From contig JAFCFT010000004.1 of the NCBI GenBank assembly GCA_017608505.1, positions 1 to 61,958 of the forward strand: a stretch of DNA of 61,958 nt. The letters run 5' to 3'. The translations under genes and the position numbers were made by a program. Under the pieces are notes generated by a model. The model searched no databases. It saw only the letters and a program-made list of their open reading frames with translations, and was not told the origin of the DNA. Positions 20,632 through 31,228 of the stretch are shown here, piece after piece (the first letter of the stretch is position 1; each line of letters begins with the position of its first letter). This DNA comes from Candidatus Parvarchaeota archaeon. Its GTDB lineage: Archaea; Nanobdellota; Nanobdellia; WJKC01.

Positions 20632-20949
20632 TTAATATATTACTGAATCAAAGTCGTATGCGTCTAAAAACAAAGTTTTGAATTTGGATAGGGTGTTCTC
20701 ATTTTCTATTTGGAGCGAAATAAGCTCCATTAAGCAATGTCTGCATATTGAATATTTGTCAGATAAATCGCAATGCAGGTCTTTAAAGCTTTTAATATTC
20801 TTGCGAATAGCGGTTTTAAGCGCATTAGTATCAAGCGCGTTTTCATAGTTAAGCCATTGCAGAGCGCAGTTAATTAGCTCATTAATTCTGCGCCTACTTA
20901 AAGGGGAATTCAGGATCCAACTGCATCGTAAACACCTTATTGACTGCAT
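20632..20949 (-). CDS. Cys-rich hypothetical protein (possible Zn binder)
   Basis: CLRC, CRHC and further Cys; GAGGTG SD. Confidence 0.7.
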   Translation of the reverse strand: MQSIRCLRCSWILNSPLSRRRINELINCALQWLNYENALDTNALKTAIRKNIKSFKDLHCDLSDKYSICRHCLMELISLQIENENTLSKFKTLFLDAYDFDSVIY

Positions 20950-21145
20950 GGCAAACACCTCAAAAAGAAAAAGAAAAAAGCAGCCAATTAATAGTGTGTG
21001 TTAGTTACACACCACAAGGTAGGTCTAAAGGATACAATATACCTATCCATAATTGACTGCATGGTATTTATTATGTAGCGCTTATTTATATATATTAGTT
21101 TAAACTTTAAAGGGACGAAAAATAAGTAAAAAGATATTTTCAGCA

Positions 21146-21245
21146 TCATTTCATGTGGAAAACTGCAAAAAGTGTGAAAAATAAAGGATTTAAGTAATAA
21201 AAATTCCACATGAAATGAGGATTTTAGGGTTTATTTCTTGTGGAA
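21146..21245. other. Candidate replication origin or regulatory site with three ORB-like boxes
   Basis: TTCCACATGAAATGA inverted pair plus TTCCACAAGAAAT in an AT-rich intergenic region. Confidence 0.45.
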
Positions 21246-21441
21246 AAGGGGTTGTGAAGGGAAAATTTCTAAAGAAAGTATTTAAATGAGTAATGACTTT
21301 AGAAAAAATTGTTGAGCGTAAAATTATACGGGCACTGTAAAGTTTCGTTCTTGGGTTAACATTCTGCTAACACATTTGTTATGTAAAAAATGTGTAAACA
21401 ATCAAATAATATAAAGGTTTCGGTGAGAGGTGATATAAAAG

Positions 21442-22530
21442 ATGGACTTTATTGTTGAAAGCACAATGAAAACGTTGAAAGAAAATGGGATGAGTATTGA
21501 GGAAGGCTTGGCAAGCCAAGCAAGAATAAAAGTAATAGGCGCTGGGGGCGGAGGAAGCAACTCTGTTGACTGGTTATATAAGAAGGGGATAAAGGGCGCG
21601 GAGATAATAGCAGTCAACACTGATGATCAACACTTACGCATCACCCAGGCTGATAAGAAATTATTAATAGGGAGGGAATTAACAAAAGGGCTTGGAGCAG
21701 GCGGAGACCCTAAGATAGGGGAACAAGCAGCAGAAGAGTCGCGCCAGGAATTAAAAGAGTTGCTAAAAGATACAGACATGCTTTTTGCCCTAACAGGCCT
21801 TGGAGGAGGAACAGGCACTGGAGCCCTTCCAGTAATTGCTCAAATGGCAAAAGACATGGGAGCTATAGTTGTAGGAGTAGTAACAATGCCTTTTAAAATT
21901 GAGAGAGCAAGAGTGGACAAGGCTGAAATGGGCTTGCAAAAACTAAGAAAGTCATGCAATTCAGTAATAGTAATTGACAACAACAGATTAGTTGAAATTG
22001 CAGGAAATCTTCCAGTAAATCAAGCATTTGCTGTGGCTAACGAGTTAGTCGCTACAATGATTAAGTCAATAGTTGAAACAATAGCGCTCCCAAGCTTAGT
22101 GAATCTTGACTTTGCTGATGTCAAAGCAATAATGACTCACGGCAGCTTATGCAGCATGGGAGTTGGTGAAAGCGACAGTGAGAACAGAGTAGAAGAAGCA
22201 GTAAGAAGAGCTATGAACAACCCACTATTAGAAGTTGATTACAAAGGGGCTACAGGCGCATTAATACACATAACAGGAGGACCTGACATGACCCTTGAAG
22301 AAGTAAACAGGGTTGGCGAATTAATAACAGAATCACTTGACAGCGACGCAATGGTGATGTGGGGCTCAAGAATCCAAGAAGACATGAAAGGAAGGATTCG
22401 AGTAATGCTTATATCCACTGGCGTCAAATCGCCATGGATTATCGGCCCAGAAGAGGTCGAGCACAAAGTAAGCGCCCAAGAAGGACTAAATGAAGTATCG
22501 CAAGAATTAGGAATCAGCATAATTAGGTGA
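21442..22530 (+). CDS. ftsZ: Cell division protein FtsZ
   Basis: GLGAGG, GGGTGTG, NLDFADV. Confidence 0.98.
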   Translation: MDFIVESTMKTLKENGMSIEEGLASQARIKVIGAGGGGSNSVDWLYKKGIKGAEIIAVNTDDQHLRITQADKKLLIGRELTKGLGAGGDPKIGEQAAEESRQELKELLKDTDMLFALTGLGGGTGTGALPVIAQMAKDMGAIVVGVVTMPFKIERARVDKAEMGLQKLRKSCNSVIVIDNNRLVEIAGNLPVNQAFAVANELVATMIKSIVETIALPSLVNLDFADVKAIMTHGSLCSMGVGESDSENRVEEAVRRAMNNPLLEVDYKGATGALIHITGGPDMTLEEVNRVGELITESLDSDAMVMWGSRIQEDMKGRIRVMLISTGVKSPWIIGPEEVEHKVSAQEGLNEVSQELGISIIR

Positions 22531-22624
22531 GGACCGTTAAAGGGCCCCCCAACTTTAACGGCCCTCCCAATCCCCCATCCCCTTATTTCTCAGGCCCTAA
22601 GACGGTTGGTCTTAGGGCATTTTT
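22529..22624. terminator. Two GC hairpins between convergent genes
   Basis: 22529-22566 and 22594-22618, the second followed by a T tract. Confidence 0.55.
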
Positions 22625-23180
22625 AATAAGTTTTTTTAGGTACTTGTTTAACCCATTTTTCGCCGTATTTGTCAAAAAAAGTAATTGACTTTAAGTCGAT
22701 CCTTTTTGGAACAATAGTCTCTTCTCTAGGATATCCAAGAGCTATAACGCTGTATACTTTCTTGTCTTCAGGTATTTTTAGGATTCTTTTGACTTCTTCC
22801 TCATCATATAAGCCAACATGAGTTCCTTGCAAGCCGTATGCTGTAAGAGAAAGCAACATGTTTTGAATTGCCATGCCTGCTGAAAGAGAAGCGTACAATT
22901 CAGCCCTATCGCCAAACTTCATTCTTAAAAGATTGATTTTTGATAAAAGAACTATTATTACAGGCGCTTTTGCAACCCAAACCTGCTCATAGCACGCATC
23001 AGCAAATTTGCGTATTTTTTCTTTGTCCTTTACTATGACAAACTCTTTGTCTTGAACATTTCCAGCAGAAGGCGCCCACAAAGCAGACTCTAAAACATTA
23101 AAAAGAATATCATCATCAATTTTTTGGTCTTTAAATGCCCTGACACTTCTTCTTTTTTTAATAGCTTCTAATACATCCAT
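22623..23180 (-). CDS. Nitroreductase-family protein
   Basis: AIKKRRSVR.F, APSAGNVQ, QNMLL, ALGYP. Confidence 0.92.
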   Translation of the reverse strand: MDVLEAIKKRRSVRAFKDQKIDDDILFNVLESALWAPSAGNVQDKEFVIVKDKEKIRKFADACYEQVWVAKAPVIIVLLSKINLLRMKFGDRAELYASLSAGMAIQNMLLSLTAYGLQGTHVGLYDEEEVKRILKIPEDKKVYSVIALGYPREETIVPKRIDLKSITFFDKYGEKWVKQVPKKTY

Positions 23181-23220
23181 AAAAGAATTTAAGGAAGAGT
23201 CTGTTATAAATTTATTGATA

Positions 23221-24882
23221 ATGAAATATTTAGAACTTGCAAAACTGATAGAAGCCTTGGAAAGCACTACTAAGCGTCTTGAAATGACAAGCATGCTTAC
23301 AGAATTCTTAAAAAACACAAAAGCAGACGAGCTAAAAGAAGTAATACTGCTTCTTCAAGGAAGGGCGTTTCCAGAATACAGTGAAGAAGTGATAGGTGTT
23401 GCAAGCAAATTAATGGTAAAAGCAATAAGTAAAGCATCTGGGATAAAAGAAGAAGAAATAATTAGGCTGTGGAAAGAGACAGGAGATTTAGGCATTACAG
23501 CAGAAAATGTATTGAAAAAGAAAAAACAAATGACTTTAAGAAGCGAAGTGTTGACAACAAGCAAAGTCCTATCTAACTTACAGGCGCTAAGTAAGCTCAC
23601 TGGCAAAGGAACTGTGAGTAAAAAATTAGGGTTAATAAGCGAATTGTTAATGCAGGCAAGCCCTAAGGAAGCAAAATACATAGTTAGAACAATTCTCGGC
23701 ATATTAAGAGTTGGAGTTGGAGGAGGCATAATAAGAGACGCGCTTGCAGAAGCATTTAATTGTGACAAAGAATTGATTGAAAGAGCATACAATCTGCTGG
23801 CAGATTACTCAGAAGTTGCAGTTATCTGCGCCACCAAAGGAGACAGCGGGCTTAAGAAAGTTAGCTTATCTTACGGTTCCCCTGTTAAAGTAATGCTTTA
23901 TCAAAAAGAAGAAGACATAAAAGAGGGTTTTAAGAGAGTTGGCAAACCCTGTTCAATACAATACAAGTATGACGGCCTAAGACTTCAAGTCCACAAAAAA
24001 GGAGACGAAGTGATTTTATTTACAAGAAGGCTTGATAATGTAACAAAAATGTTTCCAGAAGTTGTTGAAGCTGTAAAAAAAAGTATTTCTGTTGACTGCA
24101 TCATTGAAGGAGAAGGCGTTGGCTATCATCCAAAATTAAAGTCTTACAAACCTTTTCAAGAGATAAGCAAACGCATAAAGCGCAAATATAAAATTCATGA
24201 ATTAATGAGCGAAACGCCTGTGGTGCTTTATGTATTTGATATTTTAAAGTACAAAGAAGAAAGCTGTTTGGAAAAACCATACAAAGAAAGGCTTGCGCTC
24301 CTAAAAAAAGTTGTTAAAGAAATTCATTGGAGAATAGAATTAGTGAAGCAAATAATAACAAGTGATGAAGCTGAAGCTTTAAAATTCTACAAAGAAGCTC
24401 TTTCAAAAGACCAAGAAGGAGTAATGATGAAAAATTTAAACGCGCCTTACCAGCCAGGCTCAAGAGTAGGTTATGGCGTAAAAATCAAGCCAATAATGGA
24501 ACCTCTAGACTTAGTCATAACAGGCGCAGAGTGGGGCCAAGGCAGGCGCGCTCACTGGCTATCAAGCTTTGTGCTTGCTTGCAAAAGCAATGGCAAATTA
24601 TTAGAGATAGGCAAAATGGGGACTGGACTAAGTGATGAACAGTTCTCTGAAATCACAAAAAAGCTAAAGCCTTTAATAATAAGTGAAGAAGGAAAACAAG
24701 TAAAAGTAAAGCCAGTAATAATAGTTGAAGTTGGGTATGAAGAGATTCAAAAGAGCCCTACATACTCGTCTGGTTATGCTTTGCGCTTCCCAAGACTGAT
24801 GCGCTTTAGACCTGACAAGGAAGAGCCAGACAGCATTGAAAGAATAATTGAGATATATAAGAGCCAAGGCAAGTCAAAGTAA
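23221..24882 (+). CDS. lig: ATP-dependent DNA ligase
   Basis: KYDG, EGVMMK, LDLV, ALRFPR. Confidence 0.97.
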   Translation: MKYLELAKLIEALESTTKRLEMTSMLTEFLKNTKADELKEVILLLQGRAFPEYSEEVIGVASKLMVKAISKASGIKEEEIIRLWKETGDLGITAENVLKKKKQMTLRSEVLTTSKVLSNLQALSKLTGKGTVSKKLGLISELLMQASPKEAKYIVRTILGILRVGVGGGIIRDALAEAFNCDKELIERAYNLLADYSEVAVICATKGDSGLKKVSLSYGSPVKVMLYQKEEDIKEGFKRVGKPCSIQYKYDGLRLQVHKKGDEVILFTRRLDNVTKMFPEVVEAVKKSISVDCIIEGEGVGYHPKLKSYKPFQEISKRIKRKYKIHELMSETPVVLYVFDILKYKEESCLEKPYKERLALLKKVVKEIHWRIELVKQIITSDEAEALKFYKEALSKDQEGVMMKNLNAPYQPGSRVGYGVKIKPIMEPLDLVITGAEWGQGRRAHWLSSFVLACKSNGKLLEIGKMGTGLSDEQFSEITKKLKPLIISEEGKQVKVKPVIIVEVGYEEIQKSPTYSSGYALRFPRLMRFRPDKEEPDSIERIIEIYKSQGKSK

Positions 24883-25003
24883 TTCTGATGAATTGTATAC
24901 TGCAGAATATAAATGTTTATAAAAGAATGTTATCACTTCCAAGTCATTAAAATCGATAAATATAAAAGTGAGGAAAATATTTTTCCAAATGTTGGGGGTA
25001 AAA

Positions 25004-25789
25004 ATGGTCTTGGATAAAAAAATAATAGGGGAATTAAGAAGACTGTTTGACCTTAATTTATATGAGGTTAATATTTGGATACACTTGTTAAGCAGAGGAG
25101 TATCCACTGCCGGAGAACTTAGCGACTTAAGCAATGTCCCGCGTTCTAGGGCTTATGACGTTTTAGAGAGTTTAGAGAAAAAAGGTTTCGTAGTTATGAA
25201 GCTTGGCAAGCCAATACAATACATAGCAGTTCCTCCTGAAGAAGTTATTTCAAGATACAATGACCTGGTCATGAAAAAAGCAAAAGAAAAATCAGAAATG
25301 CTTGAAAAGCTAAAGCAAACTGAAATGCTTAAAGAATTAAACGCATTGTATGAAAAAGGCATAGAATTTTATGACCCAACAGAGCTTTCTGGAGCTTTTA
25401 GAGGAAGGCAAAGTGCGTACAATCAAATGGAATTAATGATTAAAAAGGCGCAATCTTCAATAAAAATTGTGACAACTGAAAAAGGGGTAATAAGAAAACT
25501 TTCAGCATTAAAGACAGCGCTAAAAAAGGCTAAAAAAAGAGGTGTTGCAATCAGAGTTATGTCTCCTATGAATGAAGAAGTCAAACAAATAATTAATGAA
25601 TTTGCAGGCATAATAGAGCATAAAGAATTAAAAGACTTAAAAGCGCGATTCATACTTGTTGATGACGAAAAAATTTTGTTAATGCTTCTGGATGACGAAA
25701 AGACGCACCCTAATTATGACGTAGGCGTCTGGTTTAACAGCAAATTGTTTGGGCAGGCATTAAGCAAAATGTTTGACAAGCACTGGTAA
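25004..25789 (+). CDS. TrmB-family regulator
   Basis: LNLYE, VPRSRAYDVLESLEKKGF. Confidence 0.9.
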   Translation: MVLDKKIIGELRRLFDLNLYEVNIWIHLLSRGVSTAGELSDLSNVPRSRAYDVLESLEKKGFVVMKLGKPIQYIAVPPEEVISRYNDLVMKKAKEKSEMLEKLKQTEMLKELNALYEKGIEFYDPTELSGAFRGRQSAYNQMELMIKKAQSSIKIVTTEKGVIRKLSALKTALKKAKKRGVAIRVMSPMNEEVKQIINEFAGIIEHKELKDLKARFILVDDEKILLMLLDDEKTHPNYDVGVWFNSKLFGQALSKMFDKHW

Positions 25790-25821
25790 GATTTATAAGT
25801 AAATTCAATAAACAAAATTTC

Positions 25822-26448
25822 ATGAGTAAAAATGTGCTGCTTGTCGGAAGCCCTCCTTCTGACTTAATTGATTTGCTTTATAATAAAGATGTTGATATTT
25901 TTCTTGTAGGCGACAGACGGAAGCTTGAAAATCTATTTTCAATTCCAATATATAAAGAATACCTTAAGTACATAGACAACGGAGGGAGCATGAATTGGAT
26001 GCCTTTTTTAAAAGAAAAACTAAGCAAAATTAAAATTGCAAAAGCTAAAAATTTTGAAAAAGAGAGTATTGATTTTATATCCTTTTATTATTTAAATTGC
26101 ACTCATGAAACATTATACAAATTTCTTGAAGCGCATTATGATTTGCTTAAGGAGAAAGGAAAAACCAGGCTGTATTTAAGTGCGTCTGCGCCTTTTGAAA
26201 TGCTGCACTGCGGATTAAAAGATGGCGGAAGATTGCATTACAATTCTAAGACATATAATTTTTATTATCCTGACGAAGTATTGGAACATGCAAACAACAT
26301 AGGATATGAATATGTTGGTGTTGAAAGAATGTATCATAATATTAAGACAGTTGGCGAACTGCCATTAAATCTGTTCTATAAAATGGGTATCAAGCCAAAG
26401 GATTTATGTGACACCATAAGAGCATACATAATTACAGTTAAGAAATAG
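25822..26448 (+). CDS. Hypothetical protein
   Basis: 208-aa ORF with TTTATAAG upstream; no recognised motif. Confidence 0.65.
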   Translation: MSKNVLLVGSPPSDLIDLLYNKDVDIFLVGDRRKLENLFSIPIYKEYLKYIDNGGSMNWMPFLKEKLSKIKIAKAKNFEKESIDFISFYYLNCTHETLYKFLEAHYDLLKEKGKTRLYLSASAPFEMLHCGLKDGGRLHYNSKTYNFYYPDEVLEHANNIGYEYVGVERMYHNIKTVGELPLNLFYKMGIKPKDLCDTIRAYIITVKK

Positions 26449-28078
26449 ATGCAAAAAGTTTTGCAATTTTTTTAGGGCCTACAGCCATTATAAAAGGAGC
26501 TAAGCGCGGGCCCCTGTCGCTTGATAAAATTATGTTGTAGCATGCTTTAAAAAATTCTTTGACATTTGTTTTTTTAGCAAGCTCAAATATTTTTGCATTT
26601 AATTTTTCAACATTAATTCTTTTTCCTTTTGACAAGTAATTGCCAAGCACGGATATGGCATCTTTTATTTCAGGAGACAACTTTATTTTTGGAGGCACTT
26701 CATTAACAACAATTCTATATTCTGAAGGCGCGTATTTGCGGGCCCAGTAAGCAGCATACTTGATTCTTTCAAGCACTTGCGTAAAATCCCATTTTGGAAT
26801 CCTTCCTTTTATGTGGCCTGTTCTCTTTAGTATTTCAAGTATCCTTTGCTCATCCAGCGTAATTTGACCAATCATGGAAGCAAAGCCAAAAGGCACTTGC
26901 GTTGGGAGTCTGCTGGGGATTTTTCCAACCCTGGATAACTCGTAAATTCTTTTTAGCTTTGCAAGCTCTTTTTTGTTAGCTACCTTCTCAGCACCAAAAT
27001 ACACGCGTTCAGTGTAATCGTATGACTCGTAAAGAAGAGGTATTTTGTTTGTGCCTTCCACTTCCAAGTCAACAGCAGACTTTGGCTTAGTCTTTACAAG
27101 CAAGTAACGCAGCATGTATGCAGGCGCAAAATTTGTTGCTTCAACAAAACTAATGCCTATGCCTTTGCTTGTGCTCATTTTTCTGCCACTTATGATAAAC
27201 CACTCGTATCCTTGGCCAATATTCTCTCCCTTGCTTGGGTAAGGAGAAGGATAATTTATTATCCTTTCTGCAACTTTGACTGCAAAACTTCTTGAACCAC
27301 CAAGTGCAAAATGATCTTTTCCTCCTGTCTCGTAAGTGACGCCTAAAACTTTCCACCTGCAGGCCCATTCAACTTTCCAAGGAAGCTTGCCAGCACCATT
27401 GTAAGGACTCATTTCTCCTTCATAGCCGCATCCGCGAGCCCATTTGACAAGGTCTTCGCTGCACTTGTATTTTACAACTTCATTTTTTTTGTCCCATTCG
27501 TAGGCTACTGTTGTTGCTATTTTGCCACACTTTGGACATAAAGGATTAAATGGTAATTTGCCAGCGCCAACGCTTTCTCCATATAATTCCCGATATATGC
27601 TTTGCACTTTTTTGTGATTGTCAAGCATTAATTTAATCATTTCATTCATTTTCCCAGACTTGTACAGGTCATACAAGCTGTATATTTCACATTCTATGCC
27701 AAACTCAGGAAACTTTTCAGCACATTCCATAAAAAAATAATGGGCATAATTAGTCCCTTTGTAAGGAATGTTTCGTAAAGGAACCCCCAAATATTTCTTG
27801 AACTCTTTTTCGTCAAGATAAGCAGGCACTTTTGTAAAAGGGTCAAAGTCGTCATATCCAAGCAAAAACTTTGCTTTAAAGCCTGCGTCACGCAACGCTT
27901 TTGCAACTATGTCGTGGATTATCCATCCCCTGCCAGAACCAATGTGTATTCTGCCTGAAGGGGTTTTTGAGTCATTAACTATGAATCCGTGCTTTTTTAC
28001 AATTTCTGCAACCCTCTTGTCTTGCTTAAGCCTCGCCTTTAGGTCGCATACAACCTTGTCAGCCCAGAATTCTTCCAT
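26438..28078 (-). CDS. lysS: Lysine-tRNA ligase, class I
   Basis: PSGRIHIG, KLPWKVEW, GKDH, KMSTSKG, GPRL. Confidence 0.97.
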   Translation of the reverse strand: MEEFWADKVVCDLKARLKQDKRVAEIVKKHGFIVNDSKTPSGRIHIGSGRGWIIHDIVAKALRDAGFKAKFLLGYDDFDPFTKVPAYLDEKEFKKYLGVPLRNIPYKGTNYAHYFFMECAEKFPEFGIECEIYSLYDLYKSGKMNEMIKLMLDNHKKVQSIYRELYGESVGAGKLPFNPLCPKCGKIATTVAYEWDKKNEVVKYKCSEDLVKWARGCGYEGEMSPYNGAGKLPWKVEWACRWKVLGVTYETGGKDHFALGGSRSFAVKVAERIINYPSPYPSKGENIGQGYEWFIISGRKMSTSKGIGISFVEATNFAPAYMLRYLLVKTKPKSAVDLEVEGTNKIPLLYESYDYTERVYFGAEKVANKKELAKLKRIYELSRVGKIPSRLPTQVPFGFASMIGQITLDEQRILEILKRTGHIKGRIPKWDFTQVLERIKYAAYWARKYAPSEYRIVVNEVPPKIKLSPEIKDAISVLGNYLSKGKRINVEKLNAKIFELAKKTNVKEFFKACYNIILSSDRGPRLAPFIMAVGPKKIAKLFASIS

Positions 28079-28162
28079 GACTTTTTAAAAAGGAATTTAG
28101 ATTATTAACTTTTTCCAATTTAAGAGAAGAATTTATAATACATTATTAATTCAGTTGTAGTA

Positions 28163-29323
28163 ATGGATGGAGAACTAATTGCCACAATAATTTTTTATGC
28201 AGTAATGGGGATTTTAATTTACATAAATAGAAAAAAATTTACAATAATAGGCAAAATAGTTCTTGCTTACAAAACAAAAGCGCCAATAAAATGGATGGAC
28301 AAACTTGCAAAGTACAAGCACTTTTGGAAAATATATGGCACGCTATGCATTCCAATAGGGTTCTTATTTATGTTCATTTTAATGCAATCACTGATACAAA
28401 ATTCCATAGATATCGTGCTTGTGCCAAGTCCTGTTCCAGGAGTTGCCCCTTTAATACCTGGCGTAAGAATCCCTGGAAGCCCTTTATATGTGCCGCTATT
28501 TTATGGGATAATAAGCATATTGGTGCTTGCGTTTGTGCATGAATTTGCTCACGGCATACTTGCGCGCACAGAAGGGTTAAAACTTAAAAGCACTGGATTC
28601 GGACTGCTTTTCGTATTTCCTTTATTTTTTGTTGAGCCAGACCAAAAAGATATGATGCGCGCTGGAAGACTTAGCAGACTAAGAATTGCAAGTGTAGGCC
28701 CTGGAACCAACATATTGCTAAGCGCCCTAATAACTATAATATTGGCATCAACATTTATACCTTTTTTTGAAAACACCCTTGAATTTACTGGCATAAAAAT
28801 AACAAGCATAGTGCCAGATTATCCCGCAGAAAAAGCAGGGCTTGCTCCAGGCGATGTAATAATTGGAATAAATAACATAAGCACGCTTAACATGACTGGC
28901 TTTTCACAAAAGCTAGATAAAATAAAAGTAGGCGACAAAATAACATTAAATTTAAAAGACGGGAGAAATCTTGCAATAACTACTGTTGCAAATCCAAAAA
29001 ATGAATCAAAAGCATACATAGGATTTTATATTGAACAAGAAACAGATTTTACAAGCGAAGCCAAAAGCAGATATAGCCAAGGTTTTCTTGACGCAATCAT
29101 TGTGATTTTTAATCTTTTAAAGTGGATTTCATTTATCAATCTCATGGTTGGAATTATGAATTTGCTGCCTGTGTGGGGTCTTGATGGGGGCTTAATGATT
29201 AAAGATTTTATTTCGTATCTAATTAAAGGCAGAAATTTAATTAAAATAGTAACAGCAATTTACACATTCAGCTTAACAATACTTTTGTGGAACATCATAG
29301 GCCCTTATTTAGTAGCTTTTTAA
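28163..29323 (+). CDS. Site-2 (M50) membrane protease with PDZ domain
   Basis: HEFAH, GPGTN, NLLP..GLDGG. Confidence 0.95.
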   Translation: MDGELIATIIFYAVMGILIYINRKKFTIIGKIVLAYKTKAPIKWMDKLAKYKHFWKIYGTLCIPIGFLFMFILMQSLIQNSIDIVLVPSPVPGVAPLIPGVRIPGSPLYVPLFYGIISILVLAFVHEFAHGILARTEGLKLKSTGFGLLFVFPLFFVEPDQKDMMRAGRLSRLRIASVGPGTNILLSALITIILASTFIPFFENTLEFTGIKITSIVPDYPAEKAGLAPGDVIIGINNISTLNMTGFSQKLDKIKVGDKITLNLKDGRNLAITTVANPKNESKAYIGFYIEQETDFTSEAKSRYSQGFLDAIIVIFNLLKWISFINLMVGIMNLLPVWGLDGGLMIKDFISYLIKGRNLIKIVTAIYTFSLTILLWNIIGPYLVAF

Positions 29324-29372
29324 ATCCTAATAAAGTTTTTATTATAGTAAATACTATAAATGTAGTACCTTT

Positions 29373-29957
29373 ATGACTGCTGTCTTTGAAAAATTCATAA
29401 AAAATCCAGCAATTCGAGAGTTCCTCATTCAAAAAATCGGCGAAGAGGGACTTGAACTAGTTGAAATACTTTTTAAAAGCAAGAAGTATGTTTCAGAATT
29501 TGTCCTAGCAGAGCATACGGGCATATACGTAAATACTGTAAGAAGCCTGCTTTATAAACTATATGAAAACAAAATTGTCAGTTATACTAGAAAACGTGAA
29601 AAAAGCAGAGGTTGGTACATATACTCGTGGATGCTTCATCCTGAAAAATTGCTTGACCTTTTAATTAATAAAAGAAAATCCATGATTAAAGAAATTAAAT
29701 TAAAACTTGAGGCGCCTGCTGGAGAGCAAAAATTTTACTGTAAAAAATGCGATGTTAAACTTCCTTTCTCCAGCGCAATGGAATACAATTTCTTGTGTCC
29801 AAGCTGTTATAAACCAATGACAGTCTTTTCAGAAAAAACAATAAACAGACAAAACAAAAAGTTAATCACAAAGTTAGAAAAAGAAATTGAAGAGTTATCT
29901 GAGATTAAAGAGTTGCTTAAAACTGAAGAAAAGAAACCAAAACGCTCAAAAAAATAA
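29373..29957 (+). CDS. tfe: Transcription factor E
   Basis: VRSLLYKL, GWYIYSW, CKKC...F.CPSC. Confidence 0.92.
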   Translation: MTAVFEKFIKNPAIREFLIQKIGEEGLELVEILFKSKKYVSEFVLAEHTGIYVNTVRSLLYKLYENKIVSYTRKREKSRGWYIYSWMLHPEKLLDLLINKRKSMIKEIKLKLEAPAGEQKFYCKKCDVKLPFSSAMEYNFLCPSCYKPMTVFSEKTINRQNKKLITKLEKEIEELSEIKELLKTEEKKPKRSKK

Positions 29958-30110
29958 AAAGCTTCACCAAAAGAAAATTTTTAAAAGAGAATGCAATTTC
30001 TTTTTTAGTGAGAGGCCCGTAGTCGAACCTTTTCTTAAAAAGAAAAGCTTCACCAAAAGAAAATTTTTAAAAGAGAATGCAATTTCTTTTTTAGTGAGAG
30101 GCCCGTAGTC
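29957..30110 (+). repeat. 68-bp direct repeat including the first 12 nt of tRNA-Gln
   Basis: 29957-30024 equals 30043-30110 with an 18-bp spacer. Confidence 0.92.
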
Positions 30111-30171
30111 TAGCGGTCAAGGATGCTCGGCTTTGGACCGAGCGACCCAGGTTCGAATCCTGGCGGGCCTA
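30099..30171 (+). tRNA. tRNA-Gln(TTG)
   Basis: Full cloverleaf, A1-U72 pair, CTCGG-CTTTGGA-CCGAG anticodon arm. Confidence 0.97.
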
Positions 30172-30212
30172 TTAGCGCAACTCTTAAAAATGATGGAAAT
30201 AATCTTAAAGTT

Positions 30213-31226
30213 ATGAAAAAAATAGTGCGCGACTCGTTCTTGCTTCAACTTCCTAAAAATGCGTTGCAATACTTGATAGGGTTTTCTTTTTATCTGACTA
30301 TTTTTGGAGAACTAAACATTCTCAAATTAATAGTGGGACTTGCCTCATTTCTGCTTACATATTCTTCAATATACTATTATAACGACATAATGGACCTTAA
30401 AGAAGACAAAAGAAATAAAGTGAAAAGGATATACAAAGCGCTTGCAAGAGGAGACATAAGTTTTGATAAAGCAGTATCAAGAATGCAAATAATGATATTC
30501 TTGGGCCTTGCATTAGGCGCGCTGATAAGCGGCTGGTACACCCTCTTGCTGTTAGGATTGTTAGTGACAAATTTTCTTCACAGCAACCCTCATACTAAGA
30601 AAAAATTTAAGAAAAATCCAAAATATTTAATCCCAAATATGTTTGTAATGCAATTTTTAAAGTTTTCAAGCGGATGGTTTACGTTTACTACAAACATTAA
30701 CCAATTGCCTTTTTGGATAATTGCGTGCCTGTGTCTTTCGTATATATTTGGATACATTATTTACAAAGAGGATATAAAAAACATAAACAAAGCCATAAAA
30801 AGAAAGAAAAAAATCGTTGTAGTGCTTTCTGTTACTGTGCTAGGCACATTTTTTCTTTCTCTGCTTATATATCCTTTTAAGATACCTCTTTTAATTATAA
30901 TTCCGACTTCATTTTTATTTTTTGCAATGAGAAAAGAAAAAAACCATATAAAAAGAATATTTGGCTTTTCGAAAATAATATTTGTAGTTATAAGTGTGTT
31001 AATATTTTCAATACTATTATTAAATGTTCCTGTTGTTAACGAGATCAATGAAGACGCAGGAAAAGTATTGTCAATAGATAAAGTAAATAACATCTCATTA
31101 AGCGTGCTAATTAAAATTAATGACACAATATATAATTACACAATTAAAGACCTAAAAGAGCTGGATGTGCTCCTTAATTTATCAAAGGGATCAATCAGAA
31201 TTAAAAATTCTACTTTTAAAGAGTAA
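30213..31226 (+). CDS. UbiA-superfamily prenyltransferase-like membrane protein
   Basis: YYYNDIMDLKED motif; multiple TM segments. Confidence 0.75.
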   Translation: MKKIVRDSFLLQLPKNALQYLIGFSFYLTIFGELNILKLIVGLASFLLTYSSIYYYNDIMDLKEDKRNKVKRIYKALARGDISFDKAVSRMQIMIFLGLALGALISGWYTLLLLGLLVTNFLHSNPHTKKKFKKNPKYLIPNMFVMQFLKFSSGWFTFTTNINQLPFWIIACLCLSYIFGYIIYKEDIKNINKAIKRKKKIVVVLSVTVLGTFFLSLLIYPFKIPLLIIIPTSFLFFAMRKEKNHIKRIFGFSKIIFVVISVLIFSILLLNVPVVNEINEDAGKVLSIDKVNNISLSVLIKINDTIYNYTIKDLKELDVLLNLSKGSIRIKNSTFKE

Positions 31227-31228
31227 TA

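Noticed and set aside
30013-30024. Split tRNA 5' half
   Set aside because: Only 12 nt, no pairing leader, and explained by the 68-bp duplication
29887-30108. 73-aa ORF with an internal repeat
   Set aside because: By-product of the direct repeat; overlaps tfe and tRNA-Gln
30123-30212. N-terminal extension of the UbiA-like ORF
   Set aside because: Starts within tRNA-Gln; ATG 30213 is the plausible start
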